From: SAR202 cluster bacterium
Lineage (GTDB): Bacteria; Chloroflexota; Dehalococcoidia; Lucifugimonadales; UBA2985
NCBI GenBank assembly: GCA_009391535.1
Contig: VFHP01000013.1
Location: 16 to 64,015 of the forward strand
Reading direction: 5' to 3'
Length of the DNA: 64,000 nt
Below, piece after piece: positions 20,288 through 30,468 of the stretch. The notes beneath the pieces are model-generated. The model saw nothing but the letters and a program-made list of their open reading frames with translations, was not told the DNA's origin and did no database searches. Each line of letters starts with the position of its first letter. The first letter of the stretch is position 1. The position numbers and the translations under genes are program-made.

Positions 20288-21341
20288 TATTGATTACCTC
20301 TAATATTTTTCTAGCTGCATTTTCCCAAGTGTATTGATGGGCAGTTTCTATGCCAGCCTGATTTTTTTTCTTGTTCTTATGCACTTCCCTCATAGCTAGG
20401 GCTATTGATGATATTTCCTCATCGCCTATCTCAGCCCAGTTTCCGCACTTACCATGAAACCACTTGCCATCATAGGCAAGTTCTCTGTTCTTTATCTGTA
20501 CGAGTAGGGAGTTATCAGCGTTGCAGAATTCAGTGTGAGCTGAATAGTCTGTGGCTATTACCTGCTTTCCGCAAGACATCATCTCAAGAAGCTCAAGGTT
20601 CCAGCCCTCACCCCTTGATGGGAATACTCCGCAATCAGTTTGCGACATAATATTATACACCTCTTGCTGTGTCTCCTTCCTACCTATAAATTTTATTTTT
20701 TTAGAGAGGTTGGAGCGATTGTACAAGCTAATCCATTCGGATTGTTCAGATTGGCTATAAAATGGGTTATCGCACATCATCCAGAGTTCAACATTGTCTT
20801 CTTCAGTGAAAGCTTCCTCAAATGCTTTGTATAGTATGTCATGACCCTTTCTTACTTCCCATTTACCACAATTAAAAAAGATTGTCTTGTCTGTATGTTC
20901 TTTTTCCACATATTCAAATATGTCAGAGTCAACTCCTAGTGGTATGACATCAATTCTATCTTCATCAAAATCTATGTTACTTAGGCATACATCCTTTGCC
21001 CACTGGGAGCACACAAAGATTCTGTCGAGTGAGCTTAGGTGATGTTTTTCCAGATCGTTAAAGGCATCAAGTTCAAAAATGGGAAATCCTATTCTTATAC
21101 CATGCCCCGCAAAACTAGACATGTCATGCTGATGCCAGATTTTTATTTGAGGTGCTTCAAAGACAGGCATCTTGCTCATGGATATGAGTTCAGTTATGCA
21201 GCGAGCATCTTCTTCGTTGGTTACTGTTGGTTGACCTATTGGCCAAAGGGATACATCTGTAATCTGACTTAGAGACTTGCATATATTAAGACCTGTGATC
21301 CCATAACCAAGTTGGTTGATAGGTGATATAATATTTATCAT
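20280..21341 (-). CDS. glycosyltransferase family 4 (GT-B)
   Basis: RKGHD, FPSRGEGWNLELLEMMSCG (ExxxxxxxE motif). Confidence 0.85.
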   Translation of the reverse strand: MINIISPINQLGYGITGLNICKSLSQITDVSLWPIGQPTVTNEEDARCITELISMSKMPVFEAPQIKIWHQHDMSSFAGHGIRIGFPIFELDAFNDLEKHHLSSLDRIFVCSQWAKDVCLSNIDFDEDRIDVIPLGVDSDIFEYVEKEHTDKTIFFNCGKWEVRKGHDILYKAFEEAFTEEDNVELWMMCDNPFYSQSEQSEWISLYNRSNLSKKIKFIGRKETQQEVYNIMSQTDCGVFPSRGEGWNLELLEMMSCGKQVIATDYSAHTEFCNADNSLLVQIKNRELAYDGKWFHGKCGNWAEIGDEEISSIALAMREVHKNKKKNQAGIETAHQYTWENAARKILEVINNV

Positions 21342-22156
21342 TGAACTGCCCTTCCTTTAAGTTTTTCCCAATCCCTCTCGGGTCTCACGTCTATATTTGT
21401 AGACCAAGCTCCCTCTAAGGTGTTTAAGTTTAGTCCCAACTTTTTTGCGAAGTGTATTATTCCATTTAAGTCTTTGGGAAAACAGCTACCGCCAAAGCCT
21501 AGTCTACCATCAGGGCCGGGAACGGCAAAGTGTGTGTTTCCGAGTCTATCATCGTAGGTGGCATACTCTATTACCTTATCGTAGTCTACCCCAACAGCAT
21601 CACATAGCATACAGAACTCGTTAGCTATTGATACCTTTGCTGCCAAAAAACAGTTTGTCAGATATTTTACAAACTCCGCTGTCTCTGATGTTGTCTGTAC
21701 AATACTAGCTTTAGGAAAGACTTTGAGGTAGAACTGCTTCATTACCTTTGTTGCTGATGGAGTTCCACCAAGAATGATTCTGCTGGTATTTTTGAAGTCT
21801 TCAGTAGCATTTCTCTCTAAGAGGAATTCAGGGTTGAAGACAACCCTTTGTTGATTTTCTGAGGAAATTCTGGATGTCGTTCCCGGTGTTACGGTGGACT
21901 TAATAGCTACTATAGAGTTGGTGTCTATTTCTTTGCACACACTCTCAACTATTGATGTATCACACTCCCCATCTGGAGCCATAGGTGTGGGTACGCATAC
22001 AAAAGTTATGTCGCATCCACTAGAAGCGTCAGATATACTACTGAACTCACCGTCCTTGAACTTGTCATAAGTGTGGACATTGTAATGCTTTGAAAAAGCC
22101 TTCCTTAACGCAGTCCCAACAAACCCTTGTCCTATTATGCATACGTTACCTGTCAT
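21338..22156 (-). CDS. UDP-glucose/GDP-mannose dehydrogenase family (lacks C-terminal domain)
   Basis: GQGFVG, CVPTP, KSTV.PG, NPEFL, GFGGSCFPKD. Confidence 0.85.
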   Translation of the reverse strand: MTGNVCIIGQGFVGTALRKAFSKHYNVHTYDKFKDGEFSSISDASSGCDITFVCVPTPMAPDGECDTSIVESVCKEIDTNSIVAIKSTVTPGTTSRISSENQQRVVFNPEFLLERNATEDFKNTSRIILGGTPSATKVMKQFYLKVFPKASIVQTTSETAEFVKYLTNCFLAAKVSIANEFCMLCDAVGVDYDKVIEYATYDDRLGNTHFAVPGPDGRLGFGGSCFPKDLNGIIHFAKKLGLNLNTLEGAWSTNIDVRPERDWEKLKGRAVQ

Positions 22157-22876
22157 CTACTTATTCCACTCCATTCTTATGGTTTTCCTTGCCTTGCTTC
22201 CGTATAATTCTTCCATAGCGGCCTCATTCTGCTCTCCATGAAACCCGAATGAGTTATAGGTTTCCAGTTCAAGCCTGTTGTAATATTTTTCTTCCCTAGC
22301 CCATTCAACAGAAAAGCTTAAAGCTGTTCTTGGGTCTGGAAAATTGATGCCCTTGGAAAGCATGTAGCTGAAGTGGTGGACGCATGAAAACCAGTCCTCT
22401 GGGACGGGTCTATCTGGGGGAAGTTGAGGTTCTTTATGTTGTTCGTTTGGGTTATACTTTTCAATTAGCTCCGAGGTTGCGTGTAAAAACTTCTGGCTCC
22501 GTAGGGAGAATCCTCCGTTGCCAACCCTGTTTTCCCAGCCATGCCCCCAAGCCGCACCTATATAATCATAGTTAAGAAATTTGTCGTCCCATAGGTGTGG
22601 GTTTATGATAAAGCCGTCCCACTGTACTACCAAGCAGTGCTCTGTCGATACATAATCCTTAAGTTTGGATAGGCAAAATCTGTTGTATCCTTCCTCGTCC
22701 ATTTCTGGTATATCTATCACCTCTATGCCATCCAGCACCTCGTCGGTTGGGCATAATAATTTCTTTTCAGCAAAGTCAATACCCTCGCAGCATTTAACCA
22801 TTGCCTTGAGAGCGTTGTTTGCCAGAGATCTTAAACCTGTTACTGATATGAGCGTAACCGTCTCTAGTTTTTTCAT
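22157..22876 (-). CDS. DUF5672-like putative glycosyltransferase
   Basis: QWDG, YDYIGAAW, VGNGGFSLRS, EDWF, FGFHG. Confidence 0.75.
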   Translation of the reverse strand: MKKLETVTLISVTGLRSLANNALKAMVKCCEGIDFAEKKLLCPTDEVLDGIEVIDIPEMDEEGYNRFCLSKLKDYVSTEHCLVVQWDGFIINPHLWDDKFLNYDYIGAAWGHGWENRVGNGGFSLRSQKFLHATSELIEKYNPNEQHKEPQLPPDRPVPEDWFSCVHHFSYMLSKGINFPDPRTALSFSVEWAREEKYYNRLELETYNSFGFHGEQNEAAMEELYGSKARKTIRMEWNK

Positions 22877-23769
22877 TTGCAATACCTGTGTGTTGAATAC
22901 GACGTTATCATTGATGGGTTAAGCAGTATACTGTATCCATTCTCAACCATCTGCTTATGTAAACAGGGGTGGTCACAATTTACAGTATATCCAGCACCCG
23001 GAGAATTGGCTGAGTACCTAAACTTCAAAAACGGCTCTCTCTTATATATAGCGAGGCCGTTAAAGTTTGAGTTGACAAGTAGAGGGGGTTCTCCCCTTAC
23101 TGTTTTAAGGTGGTTGAATCCAGAGACCTCGTTAATCCTGAGATCAAAAACCTCTAGGGGTCGCATGGCCCAAGAGTCGAACATCATGTAGTATTGTTGC
23201 TCTACTTCCTCTAGACTCTTTGTGTTGGTGTACTCAGTGAGTATGCCGTAGGATGTAACACAGTCGGCAACTTCTAGATAAGCAAAAGAATTGAGAAAGC
23301 CTTCATAAGACCACCCGCCTTTAAGATCTAAATCTATAACAACCACATAGTCAAACTTATCAACATCTTCCATGGAAGATATATAATCCATATAGACATT
23401 GCGACATTCTGCCAGCTCTGTGGCCCGTATTAGTTGGTCTGGGTCGTCTTTTTCTCTGTAGTTTGAGGACTCTCTTGAATTTGATATGAGATGCAGGTTG
23501 TCATCATCCACTGATAGCTCAGCAACCGTGTTGTCGGTAGAATCGTTTTCGTATATGACTATCCTGTGTTCTTTGAAGAACTCCGCAGTTTTATATATTC
23601 TTTCAAGGTTGAGTCTGGCAACAGGCTCTATGTTTCTGCATATACCACAAAATATAACAGAGCTTTCTTCACACAGCTCTTTTCCTTGGAGTACATACTT
23701 TTCGTATTGCTCAGAGTACTGCTCAGGTGCAGGAAAAAGATATTCAGGAAATCTCGTATCTATTAACAT
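22873..23769 (-). CDS. GT-A fold glycosyltransferase (CAP59/mannosyltransferase-like)
   Basis: YENDSTD, LAECRN, IDLD, SNFNGLAIY. Confidence 0.7.
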   Translation of the reverse strand: MLIDTRFPEYLFPAPEQYSEQYEKYVLQGKELCEESSVIFCGICRNIEPVARLNLERIYKTAEFFKEHRIVIYENDSTDNTVAELSVDDDNLHLISNSRESSNYREKDDPDQLIRATELAECRNVYMDYISSMEDVDKFDYVVVIDLDLKGGWSYEGFLNSFAYLEVADCVTSYGILTEYTNTKSLEEVEQQYYMMFDSWAMRPLEVFDLRINEVSGFNHLKTVRGEPPLLVNSNFNGLAIYKREPFLKFRYSANSPGAGYTVNCDHPCLHKQMVENGYSILLNPSMITSYSTHRYCK

Positions 23770-24022
23770 ATATGGGTGTATTCCTTCCTACGTATGCAGA
23801 TATAGTATTAAACTCTATCCACTCTACAGAGTCCTCGTATGTCATTCCGGCTTCCTTCATGCAGGCCTCGATCATTTTTTCGTAATCGTATACCACCCTT
23901 CCTGAATCATGGCCATCAGCAACGCCAATAATAGCACTGTCAAAGCCATCGGCAAAAAGAAGATCATTACCAAAAACGTTAGAAAGGTGCTCTCTGACAT
24001 CCTCGCTTGTTTGTCCATCCAT
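23744..24022 (-). CDS. conserved hypothetical phage protein
   Basis: ADGFDSAIIG...VVYD...EFN...YVG..TP pattern. Confidence 0.6.
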   Translation of the reverse strand: MDGQTSEDVREHLSNVFGNDLLFADGFDSAIIGVADGHDSGRVVYDYEKMIEACMKEAGMTYEDSVEWIEFNTISAYVGRNTPIYVNRYEIS

Positions 24023-24034
24023 AAAGGCCTCACT

Positions 24035-24964
24035 TTAAACTCCAATATAATTTTCGTAAATAAGTCCAGCCAACGCTACGTCCTCTATAGCTAGGCCTGT
24101 CGAATCAAAAAAGCTGATTCCTGTTTCGTGGTCGAAACCAAGGGGTAATCCATTTTTAACAATATGAAATAGATCCAGCATTGATTCCTTGTTTTCGCTA
24201 TGCTGTGATTCACCAGAGTGAAAAGCTTGAACCTTATCGTCAACTACAAACAGTGAACACACGTTGGCCACATTGTCCTCAAACTCTTGTTTGCCTTCAG
24301 CGTCAGCTCCTATCGCGTTTACGTGCATGCCCGGCTCGATCCATGCAGCCTTAACGAAAGGTGATCTTGAAGGTGTTAGGGTTGTTAATATGTCACTACC
24401 CCTTACGCAATCTTCAATTGTATCACATACTTCGCAGTTGTCAACATTAATATTTGAACAAAGTTCGTTAGCTTTGTCTTTATCTAGGTCAAATAGTTTT
24501 ATTGTCTTGATATTTCTAACATTACAGATAGCTTCAATTTGAAAGTTGGTCTGGAAACCGCAACCTATGAATGCTGCCGTTTCAGCGTTACTATTAGACA
24601 GATACTTAGTAGCTACCGCTGTCACTGCCGCTGTGCGGTAGGAAGTGATCAGCATTCCATCCATAACTGCTAGTGGTCGTCCATTTTCTAGGCTATTGAC
24701 TATTATAGTAGCAGATACGCTTGGGCCGTGTCCACGGGCACCATTTTGGGGGAACAGAGCCGCCCATTTAATCCCAGAATACTTCCCATGTCTGGCTGGC
24801 ATTGCCCTGAAGTCGTTTCCTTCTAAACCCTCCTCTAGGTATATCTTAGGTACCATATCCCCTTTTTCGGGGTGCTTGAATACATCCTCCATTAGCTCTA
24901 TAACTTGGGGCATGTGGAGATTGTCAGCGATTTCCTTTTCCGGTATAAAGATTGGGTTGGACAT
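24035..24964 (-). CDS. ornithine cyclodeaminase/mu-crystallin family (AlaDH-like)
   Basis: MPA, GIKW, RTAA, IGCGFQ, GADAEGKQE, FDSTGLAIEDVA. Confidence 0.88.
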   Translation of the reverse strand: MSNPIFIPEKEIADNLHMPQVIELMEDVFKHPEKGDMVPKIYLEEGLEGNDFRAMPARHGKYSGIKWAALFPQNGARGHGPSVSATIIVNSLENGRPLAVMDGMLITSYRTAAVTAVATKYLSNSNAETAAFIGCGFQTNFQIEAICNVRNIKTIKLFDLDKDKANELCSNINVDNCEVCDTIEDCVRGSDILTTLTPSRSPFVKAAWIEPGMHVNAIGADAEGKQEFEDNVANVCSLFVVDDKVQAFHSGESQHSENKESMLDLFHIVKNGLPLGFDHETGISFFDSTGLAIEDVALAGLIYENYIGV

Positions 24965-25020
24965 GTCTGGCTCCTTTTGTGGTTAGAGAAACTGTAAACC
25001 TCTTAATTATACACTTTGAA

Positions 25021-25938
25021 TCAGACTTTGAGTGAGAATTCATGTGGAGAATATAACGTTATTAGAGAGGGATTCAAAAATATATCTTCGCCCCGCTTTC
25101 TCATTTCCCTGTGAAAATAGCTCCACTCGTTGGTTACGCTTCCATCTTTATTTTCCTCTGCCCCAAACTGAACCCCCTTTATTGACTCAGGCCTGTATAT
25201 CCCAAGACCGTTAAAGTTTGAGAAAACCCCTATTGGAGGATCTCCCCTTTCAAATCTATACAAATTAACTATATCGCATATCTTTAGTTTTTCGTCACCA
25301 TAATCCCTGTAAGCCCATGTGTCAAAAAATAGCCTTTCAACTTCAGAGAGTTCTTGGTCTGGAACACCTGCCAGTTTTCTTGTGATGGTTTTTTGCCTAA
25401 ACTGTAGGCCGTTTGCGGTCATAGCACCCCACCCAAGATCACCATACGCTAATGAATTCATGATCCCGTCATAAGACCATCCACCAAGTAGGTCTAGATC
25501 TATCACAATTACAAAGTCTGGTTTATACGCAAGGGATTCTATGTACGTATGGCATTTATTTCTAAGGGAGGCTAGGTATTTAGGCCTCTCAACTTCCCTA
25601 CCGCCAACGAAATGCTTGTGTCCTGTGTTTTCTTGAATTAATAAAAACTTGTCATCCTTTATTGAGTGGTTTAGTATTGATTCGGAAGTGCCATCTATTG
25701 AATCGTTTTCATATACGACAAATCTGTAGTCCCTAAAGAATGAGGCAGTGTGATACAATCTAGCTATGGTATGATCTAAGGTTCCTATTATGTTTCTACA
25801 TAGTCCTGTTATTAGAATGTTGCACTTGGAAGCTACTTTCATTCCTGTTAGTAGAGACTTATTATAGCTTGAAACGTCAGAAGCTGGGAAAAGCTCTTCA
25901 GGAAAGCGTGAATATAATTTGTGTGTGTGTATATCCAT
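25021..25938 (-). CDS. GT-A glycosyltransferase, paralogue of 22873..23769
   Basis: Shared RFPE.LFPA, YENDS.D, IDLD..GGWSY, SNFNGL.IY, LNPS.IT.YS. Confidence 0.7.
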   Translation of the reverse strand: MDIHTHKLYSRFPEELFPASDVSSYNKSLLTGMKVASKCNILITGLCRNIIGTLDHTIARLYHTASFFRDYRFVVYENDSIDGTSESILNHSIKDDKFLLIQENTGHKHFVGGREVERPKYLASLRNKCHTYIESLAYKPDFVIVIDLDLLGGWSYDGIMNSLAYGDLGWGAMTANGLQFRQKTITRKLAGVPDQELSEVERLFFDTWAYRDYGDEKLKICDIVNLYRFERGDPPIGVFSNFNGLGIYRPESIKGVQFGAEENKDGSVTNEWSYFHREMRKRGEDIFLNPSLITLYSPHEFSLKV

Positions 25939-25949
25939 TTCACTCCCCC

Positions 25950-27254
25950 TTATTCACATATCGGTAGTTGCATATTAAATTGTTCATCCATAGGTTCCCA
26001 AAATTTACTCACAAAGCACGAATCGCAGGCAGAGCATCTGAAAGATTCCCAACACACTACGGGTTCAGACATCAGTGAGAAATTGTCGTCTAGTATATTT
26101 CCAACTGGTTTGTAGTGGGGTAGTGCGTGCCTGCCAAACATTTTTGATCTATCGACAGCGCTCATGCAGGTGTAAGCATCTCCAAAGCCATCTACATTTA
26201 TACGCATACTACCCGCTGGGCAGAAAATGGGGAGCCTTGCTTTATCTGTACAGGGTTCTAGTTTAAGTGAGCAGTCGAGAGGTATTTCAACGGGTTCACA
26301 AAGAGGCCCGAAGTCCAGAGGGCTTAAAGGTTTTATATCTACTATTTGCTTGTAAAGATCAAGCTCCATGCCGTCCTGATCCTCTTCTTCAAACACGGAT
26401 ACGTACTCATCCAGATTTAAGGTTATACCCCTATCTTTACAAAAATCTATTAGACCAGCTTCGTTCACTATCTTTAGGTTGTCAGGATGTCTGACGAGTT
26501 CTATACCAAACTTTTCTGATCCGTACTTTTCAGTGTAATCCGCAACCTTCCTGATAAAGTCATCAACATTGACCTGTGTGGGGTGAAGGCTTGCGTCTAC
26601 GTCTACTCTGTTGGGGGGTAGTTCAGACCACTTGTCGAGATTAAAAGTCTTGCCGAAATTTGTTGTCATGCGAAGTTCTATCTCAGGGTTTAGCATTTTT
26701 ATTACGTCAACAAGACCTTTGTATAGGGTAGGCTCCCCTCCTGTGAAGTAAATTTCTTTGGGATTCAGTTTATTGAAAGATTCTGCCCACAATTCGGGTG
26801 TAAGCTTATTGTTTTTGGTATTTCTATAAATCTCATTGGCGGCTTCCTGCCAGCAGTACTGACACTTGTAATTGCATTTCCAAGTTAAAAACCACTGTAT
26901 GTGTGGTTTTGCGTCAAGCATCGACTCGCTAACCTTAGATTTGTTTTTATCGTAATTATTCTTATCAACTAGGTTGGATTCAGAGAGGTTTAAAAAATCT
27001 CCCTGTTGAGACCTGTTTACAATGGATACTATTTCAATCTGCGCGTCTTTTGGCTTCATTATCTCTAGTTTTAGTATACCCACAGAGGGGGTTTCATAGC
27101 TTATGGTTCTGGGGCTACCATACGTCACGCGAAATGTTTCTTCATGCTCTGAGGACAGCTCCTTGACTTTTATGTCGCAGACCTTGGGACTTGTTAAGTT
27201 GTAAACTATGTCTACATACTTGGACTTGAGATGTTGTGTAAATATTGTATTCAT
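25950..27254 (-). CDS. radical SAM protein with C-terminal SPASM/twitch-like Cys
   Basis: CNYKCQYC, TGGEP, TTN, CPAG...C...C..RCSACDSC. Confidence 0.88.
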   Translation of the reverse strand: MNTIFTQHLKSKYVDIVYNLTSPKVCDIKVKELSSEHEETFRVTYGSPRTISYETPSVGILKLEIMKPKDAQIEIVSIVNRSQQGDFLNLSESNLVDKNNYDKNKSKVSESMLDAKPHIQWFLTWKCNYKCQYCWQEAANEIYRNTKNNKLTPELWAESFNKLNPKEIYFTGGEPTLYKGLVDVIKMLNPEIELRMTTNFGKTFNLDKWSELPPNRVDVDASLHPTQVNVDDFIRKVADYTEKYGSEKFGIELVRHPDNLKIVNEAGLIDFCKDRGITLNLDEYVSVFEEEDQDGMELDLYKQIVDIKPLSPLDFGPLCEPVEIPLDCSLKLEPCTDKARLPIFCPAGSMRINVDGFGDAYTCMSAVDRSKMFGRHALPHYKPVGNILDDNFSLMSEPVVCWESFRCSACDSCFVSKFWEPMDEQFNMQLPICE

Positions 27255-27970
27255 GAAAAGGAGTATCCAAAAAATTCTATGTCTTCTTTACAAATGTTGT
27301 ATACGGCTTCTATCATTTTCTCGTTGTAGTAATCTTTATAGTTCTTGTGCTTTGATTTGTTTGTGTGCTTTAGTGGCCTATAAGCAAGGCCGCATTTTTG
27401 AACCAAGTGCTTCCAGTGTGGCTTGTTAGGGTCTGTTAGATCTTCCTGTTTAAATATATCGTCTACCAAAAAGGGGATTTTTGGCAAGCCTTTCGATGTC
27501 CACCCTAAAGCATCTATTCCACGCCTTCTCTTCTTCATCATTAGGTCGCACAAATGTTCATCCGAGTCTCCGTATAAAAGCCACGAGTCTTTCATTTGAA
27601 AGTATATGTCTCTATGTGGTCGCGTCTCCATACCGCCCATCACCCACTCCTCAAAAGAGGAGAATTCTTTGTACCACTTAAAGTGGTCGTGGTAGCTGCG
27701 TTGTTGATGCCAGAAAAACCAAGATACGGCTCTGTCCCAAGGATTTCTGACAACTGAAAAGATATAATCATATCCTTCAAGGTTGTCTGGTGGAATTACG
27801 CCGTCATCTCTTCCCATGACTATAGAGTTTAGTGATGGCTGTGGCGATTTAACCCACAAATTTCCATTTTTCCCCTGACAGGCCGCAGGGTTATGAGGGA
27901 TCAAGCTCTCGGAAATGCTCGTCCCTGCACATTTTGGTATATGAATAAACAGAAAATTTGTTGTGCTCAT
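27251..27970 (-). CDS. sulfotransferase family protein
   Basis: FIHIPKCAGTS (5'-PSB), VRNPWDRAVS (3'-PB), DIEFFGY. Confidence 0.85.
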   Translation of the reverse strand: MSTTNFLFIHIPKCAGTSISESLIPHNPAACQGKNGNLWVKSPQPSLNSIVMGRDDGVIPPDNLEGYDYIFSVVRNPWDRAVSWFFWHQQRSYHDHFKWYKEFSSFEEWVMGGMETRPHRDIYFQMKDSWLLYGDSDEHLCDLMMKKRRRGIDALGWTSKGLPKIPFLVDDIFKQEDLTDPNKPHWKHLVQKCGLAYRPLKHTNKSKHKNYKDYYNEKMIEAVYNICKEDIEFFGYSFS

Positions 27971-28055
27971 AGTTTCTTGATGATTCCTTTTCTCAGTAGG
28001 TTGGAGATTATTTGTTTTTCACGCACTCTGTTGTGAGCTGTTGCGCGAAACTGAT

Positions 28056-28640
28056 CTAGCTATTTACTATTTTTTTTGAATTATTAATTACCCCCTCAGT
28101 ATCCCGGTTGAAGAAAAACCACCTCTCGTAGTGGCGCGGGTTATTGCTCTGATTGACGTAATGAAGATATACCATAAGATCATCCATTGAGTCAAAAATG
28201 TGCTCGTGTGGCAACATAAAAAACAGCCAGTTAGGAGCATTCTTCTTGCCCTGCTTGCAGTGGACTAAAATTGGCTTCTTCTGCCTGTTGGCTAAGGTTA
28301 TCTCCTCGTAAGTTCCACACGCATGTACATCAAGATCAATGTGGGCTACGATGAAATCTGATATATCCACACACCTAAGATCTACGGTTCTTATGACGCC
28401 ATACTCCTGCTTAATTTTATCAAACTGTCCTGTTTCCTTGTAATGCTCCATCCAATATCTAGAGTCATCGTCCTCGACCCCGACATCAATCGGTTTCTTG
28501 CAAGGGTTAAGGACAGTTACACCCATTTGCTCAAGGGTTGGGGTGATATTCTCTCTCCAACCTGAACCGGCGTCTGCAACGCGATCCATTGCTCCAACTA
28601 AATAGGTTCTGGTTCCATTAAGTCTGTTTATCGAATCCAT
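28056..28640 (-). CDS. nucleoside 2-deoxyribosyltransferase-like protein
   Basis: YLVGAM, NP, D...SDFIVA, GTYEE. Confidence 0.65.
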   Translation of the reverse strand: MDSINRLNGTRTYLVGAMDRVADAGSGWRENITPTLEQMGVTVLNPCKKPIDVGVEDDDSRYWMEHYKETGQFDKIKQEYGVIRTVDLRCVDISDFIVAHIDLDVHACGTYEEITLANRQKKPILVHCKQGKKNAPNWLFFMLPHEHIFDSMDDLMVYLHYVNQSNNPRHYERWFFFNRDTEGVINNSKKIVNS

Positions 28641-29028
28641 AATCTGTGCTCCACCATACTTTAGTAATATCCAACGCTTTTAGAATTTTATTACACCTCT
28701 TACAAGGCTTGCTGTTTCTTAATTCGCCATTCCTGTTTAGCCTCACGACTACCACTGAAAGGTTTTTGTCTATATAATATTTTCCCCACAGTCTAGAGAT
28801 TAGATCTGTCTCGGCGTGCATATATGGGTATTTAATGTCAGTTTTAAACCTTTTTGATAGCCTGACAGCCTTTGCGTTGGTCTTCTCTGGGTCATTTTGA
28901 CCAATCGCAATCAGTTTATTTTTTCTAAACCCAAAGGCGAAGTGGAACGCTGAACTTTTCTTTCGCTTTGATGTTACTGATGGTAGTATGTCCTCTGCTA
29001 TACCAAGAGACTGCTCCAAAATACTCAT
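28618..29028 (-). CDS. cytidine-deaminase-like Zn protein
   Basis: HAE...SKPCKRC. Confidence 0.75.
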   Translation of the reverse strand: MSILEQSLGIAEDILPSVTSKRKKSSAFHFAFGFRKNKLIAIGQNDPEKTNAKAVRLSKRFKTDIKYPYMHAETDLISRLWGKYYIDKNLSVVVVRLNRNGELRNSKPCKRCNKILKALDITKVWWSTDYGFDKQT

Positions 29029-29145
29029 CGTGCTAATTCCAAAAATTTTTTATTGAAATGTTGAAAAAATGTACTTGCTGTTCCACTCCGTTAACAAATA
29101 ATTACCCCAAGATCAGGTAGATCCTATTGCTTAGGGAAATACAAC

Positions 29146-29328
29146 CTAATCTTTGTCGTATATCCGGCCAATTTCAAACAAGCTCCAGTCATCGACAGGT
29201 TTCTTGCTTTCTTCTGGTTTTATAGGGGTTGGTCGCTCACGCATGCCCGAAAATATCGCCCAGAGGGTAATGTATACGACTGCTATCGAGGTTAAGCTTA
29301 CCAACCAAGCTTCTGGTTGAGGGTTCAT
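29146..29328 (-). CDS. small membrane protein
   Basis: Single TM; directly downstream of a consensus promoter with GAGA SD. Confidence 0.55.
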   Translation of the reverse strand: MNPQPEAWLVSLTSIAVVYITLWAIFSGMRERPTPIKPEESKKPVDDWSLFEIGRIYDKD

Positions 29329-29363
29329 CTAGGTTCTCCAAATAAGGTTTCAATTTATACTTT

Positions 29364-29404
29364 ATTATACCTTGTTTATCGGCAATTGTCAACCCAATTA
29401 TTGA
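29364..29404 (-). promoter_or_regulatory. sigma70 promoter with nested sigma28-like element
   Basis: TTGACA-17-TATAAT with GCCGATAA in the spacer. Confidence 0.75.
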
Positions 29405-29413
29405 ATTAAAATT

Positions 29414-29455
29414 AAAAAAAGCCCAGTTCACTAATATAATTAGCAAGGCTGGGCT
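29414..29455 (-). terminator. intrinsic terminator after ssb
   Basis: AGCCCAG...CTGGGCT followed by T6. Confidence 0.7.
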
Positions 29456-29497
29456 AGACCTTATGAAAGTCGGGCAGAGATTTTCACCAACTTTCTA

Positions 29498-29863
29498 TTA
29501 GAAGGGTACTGATTCATCAGAAGATTCTGAACTCTTACTCTTTGATGCACCATCACCATTTTTAGGGCCTAGAGAAATATCGTCGGCCATCACGCAGACA
29601 GAGGTTCTCTTGACGCCTTCCTTGTCCTCGTAGTCGTCAATTTTGAGCTTACCTTGAACCCCTACTAAGAGTCCTTTGTTGAGGTGTGGCCCAAGCGCTT
29701 CAGCCATCTTTCCGAAGCAGAGGACGTTGAGAAAAAGAGTGTCGTCGTTACGTCTATCGTTTACCGCCAGACGAAACTTTGACATGGAAGTACCCTTTTG
29801 GGTTTGGCTATTTTCGGCGTCTTTGGTCAGACGACCTGCTACTACTAGTTGATTAATATTCAT
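29498..29863 (-). CDS. ssb: single-stranded DNA-binding protein
   Basis: GRLTKD, FRLAVN, KG..V.VQGKL, acidic C-terminus ending in PF. Confidence 0.9.
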   Translation of the reverse strand: MNINQLVVAGRLTKDAENSQTQKGTSMSKFRLAVNDRRNDDTLFLNVLCFGKMAEALGPHLNKGLLVGVQGKLKIDDYEDKEGVKRTSVCVMADDISLGPKNGDGASKSKSSESSDESVPF

Positions 29864-29868
29864 ACTAT

Positions 29869-30192
29869 TTAGATCTCCAATGCTGATCGAATTTTTCCAC
29901 GAACTACTTGACTGTGACCACGATTTGACTTGTTTGTCGTGGCTTCATAAAGATTTTCAGTAAACGTTTTAGTAAGACCGAGAGCCTTCCCTGCTTGCTG
30001 CGTTCCGCGCTTGTTTGAGGCGAACACACCTTTGCCTTGCTTATATGCAACTGCTGTCACAGGATTTAGTGACTCTCCTTTAACCTTCCCACGCTTACCT
30101 GTTGCAGTAATAGTTTTTTTATCACTGACCTGCCAGTTGTACGTGGCAGAGGTTTGGGAAAGCTTGTCGTAAAACTCGCTACTATTCATCAT
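29869..30192 (-). CDS. hypothetical basic protein
   Basis: AGGAG SD; ORF. Confidence 0.6.
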   Translation of the reverse strand: MMNSSEFYDKLSQTSATYNWQVSDKKTITATGKRGKVKGESLNPVTAVAYKQGKGVFASNKRGTQQAGKALGLTKTFTENLYEATTNKSNRGHSQVVRGKIRSALEI

Positions 30193-30210
30193 AAACTTCT
30201 CCTAAAATTA

Positions 30211-30468
30211 CTAACCTTGCTGAGGCAGTGTCAATGTCGGAATGCTAGGGGATACCTGTTTTCCGTCAATAAAATCTTGACCCTGTTGGTTCATTGCCTG
30301 TTCTGGGTTAGCGTCCTGATTACCAGCATTAAGCTCGGCAACGCCTTGTTGCAGATAGTCACTTAATGTCTGAATGTCCTGCTCGATACGAGCTTTGTTT
30401 TGCTGAAGCTCCTGAATCTGTTGTTCAACGTTTCTCAGGTGGGCTTCTGCCATTTCTCTAAGGTTCAT
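30211..30468 (-). CDS. coiled-coil hypothetical protein
   Basis: GAAAGG SD before ATG 30468; upstream promoter at 30509-30537. Confidence 0.6.
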   Translation of the reverse strand: MNLREMAEAHLRNVEQQIQELQQNKARIEQDIQTLSDYLQQGVAELNAGNQDANPEQAMNQQGQDFIDGKQVSPSIPTLTLPQQG

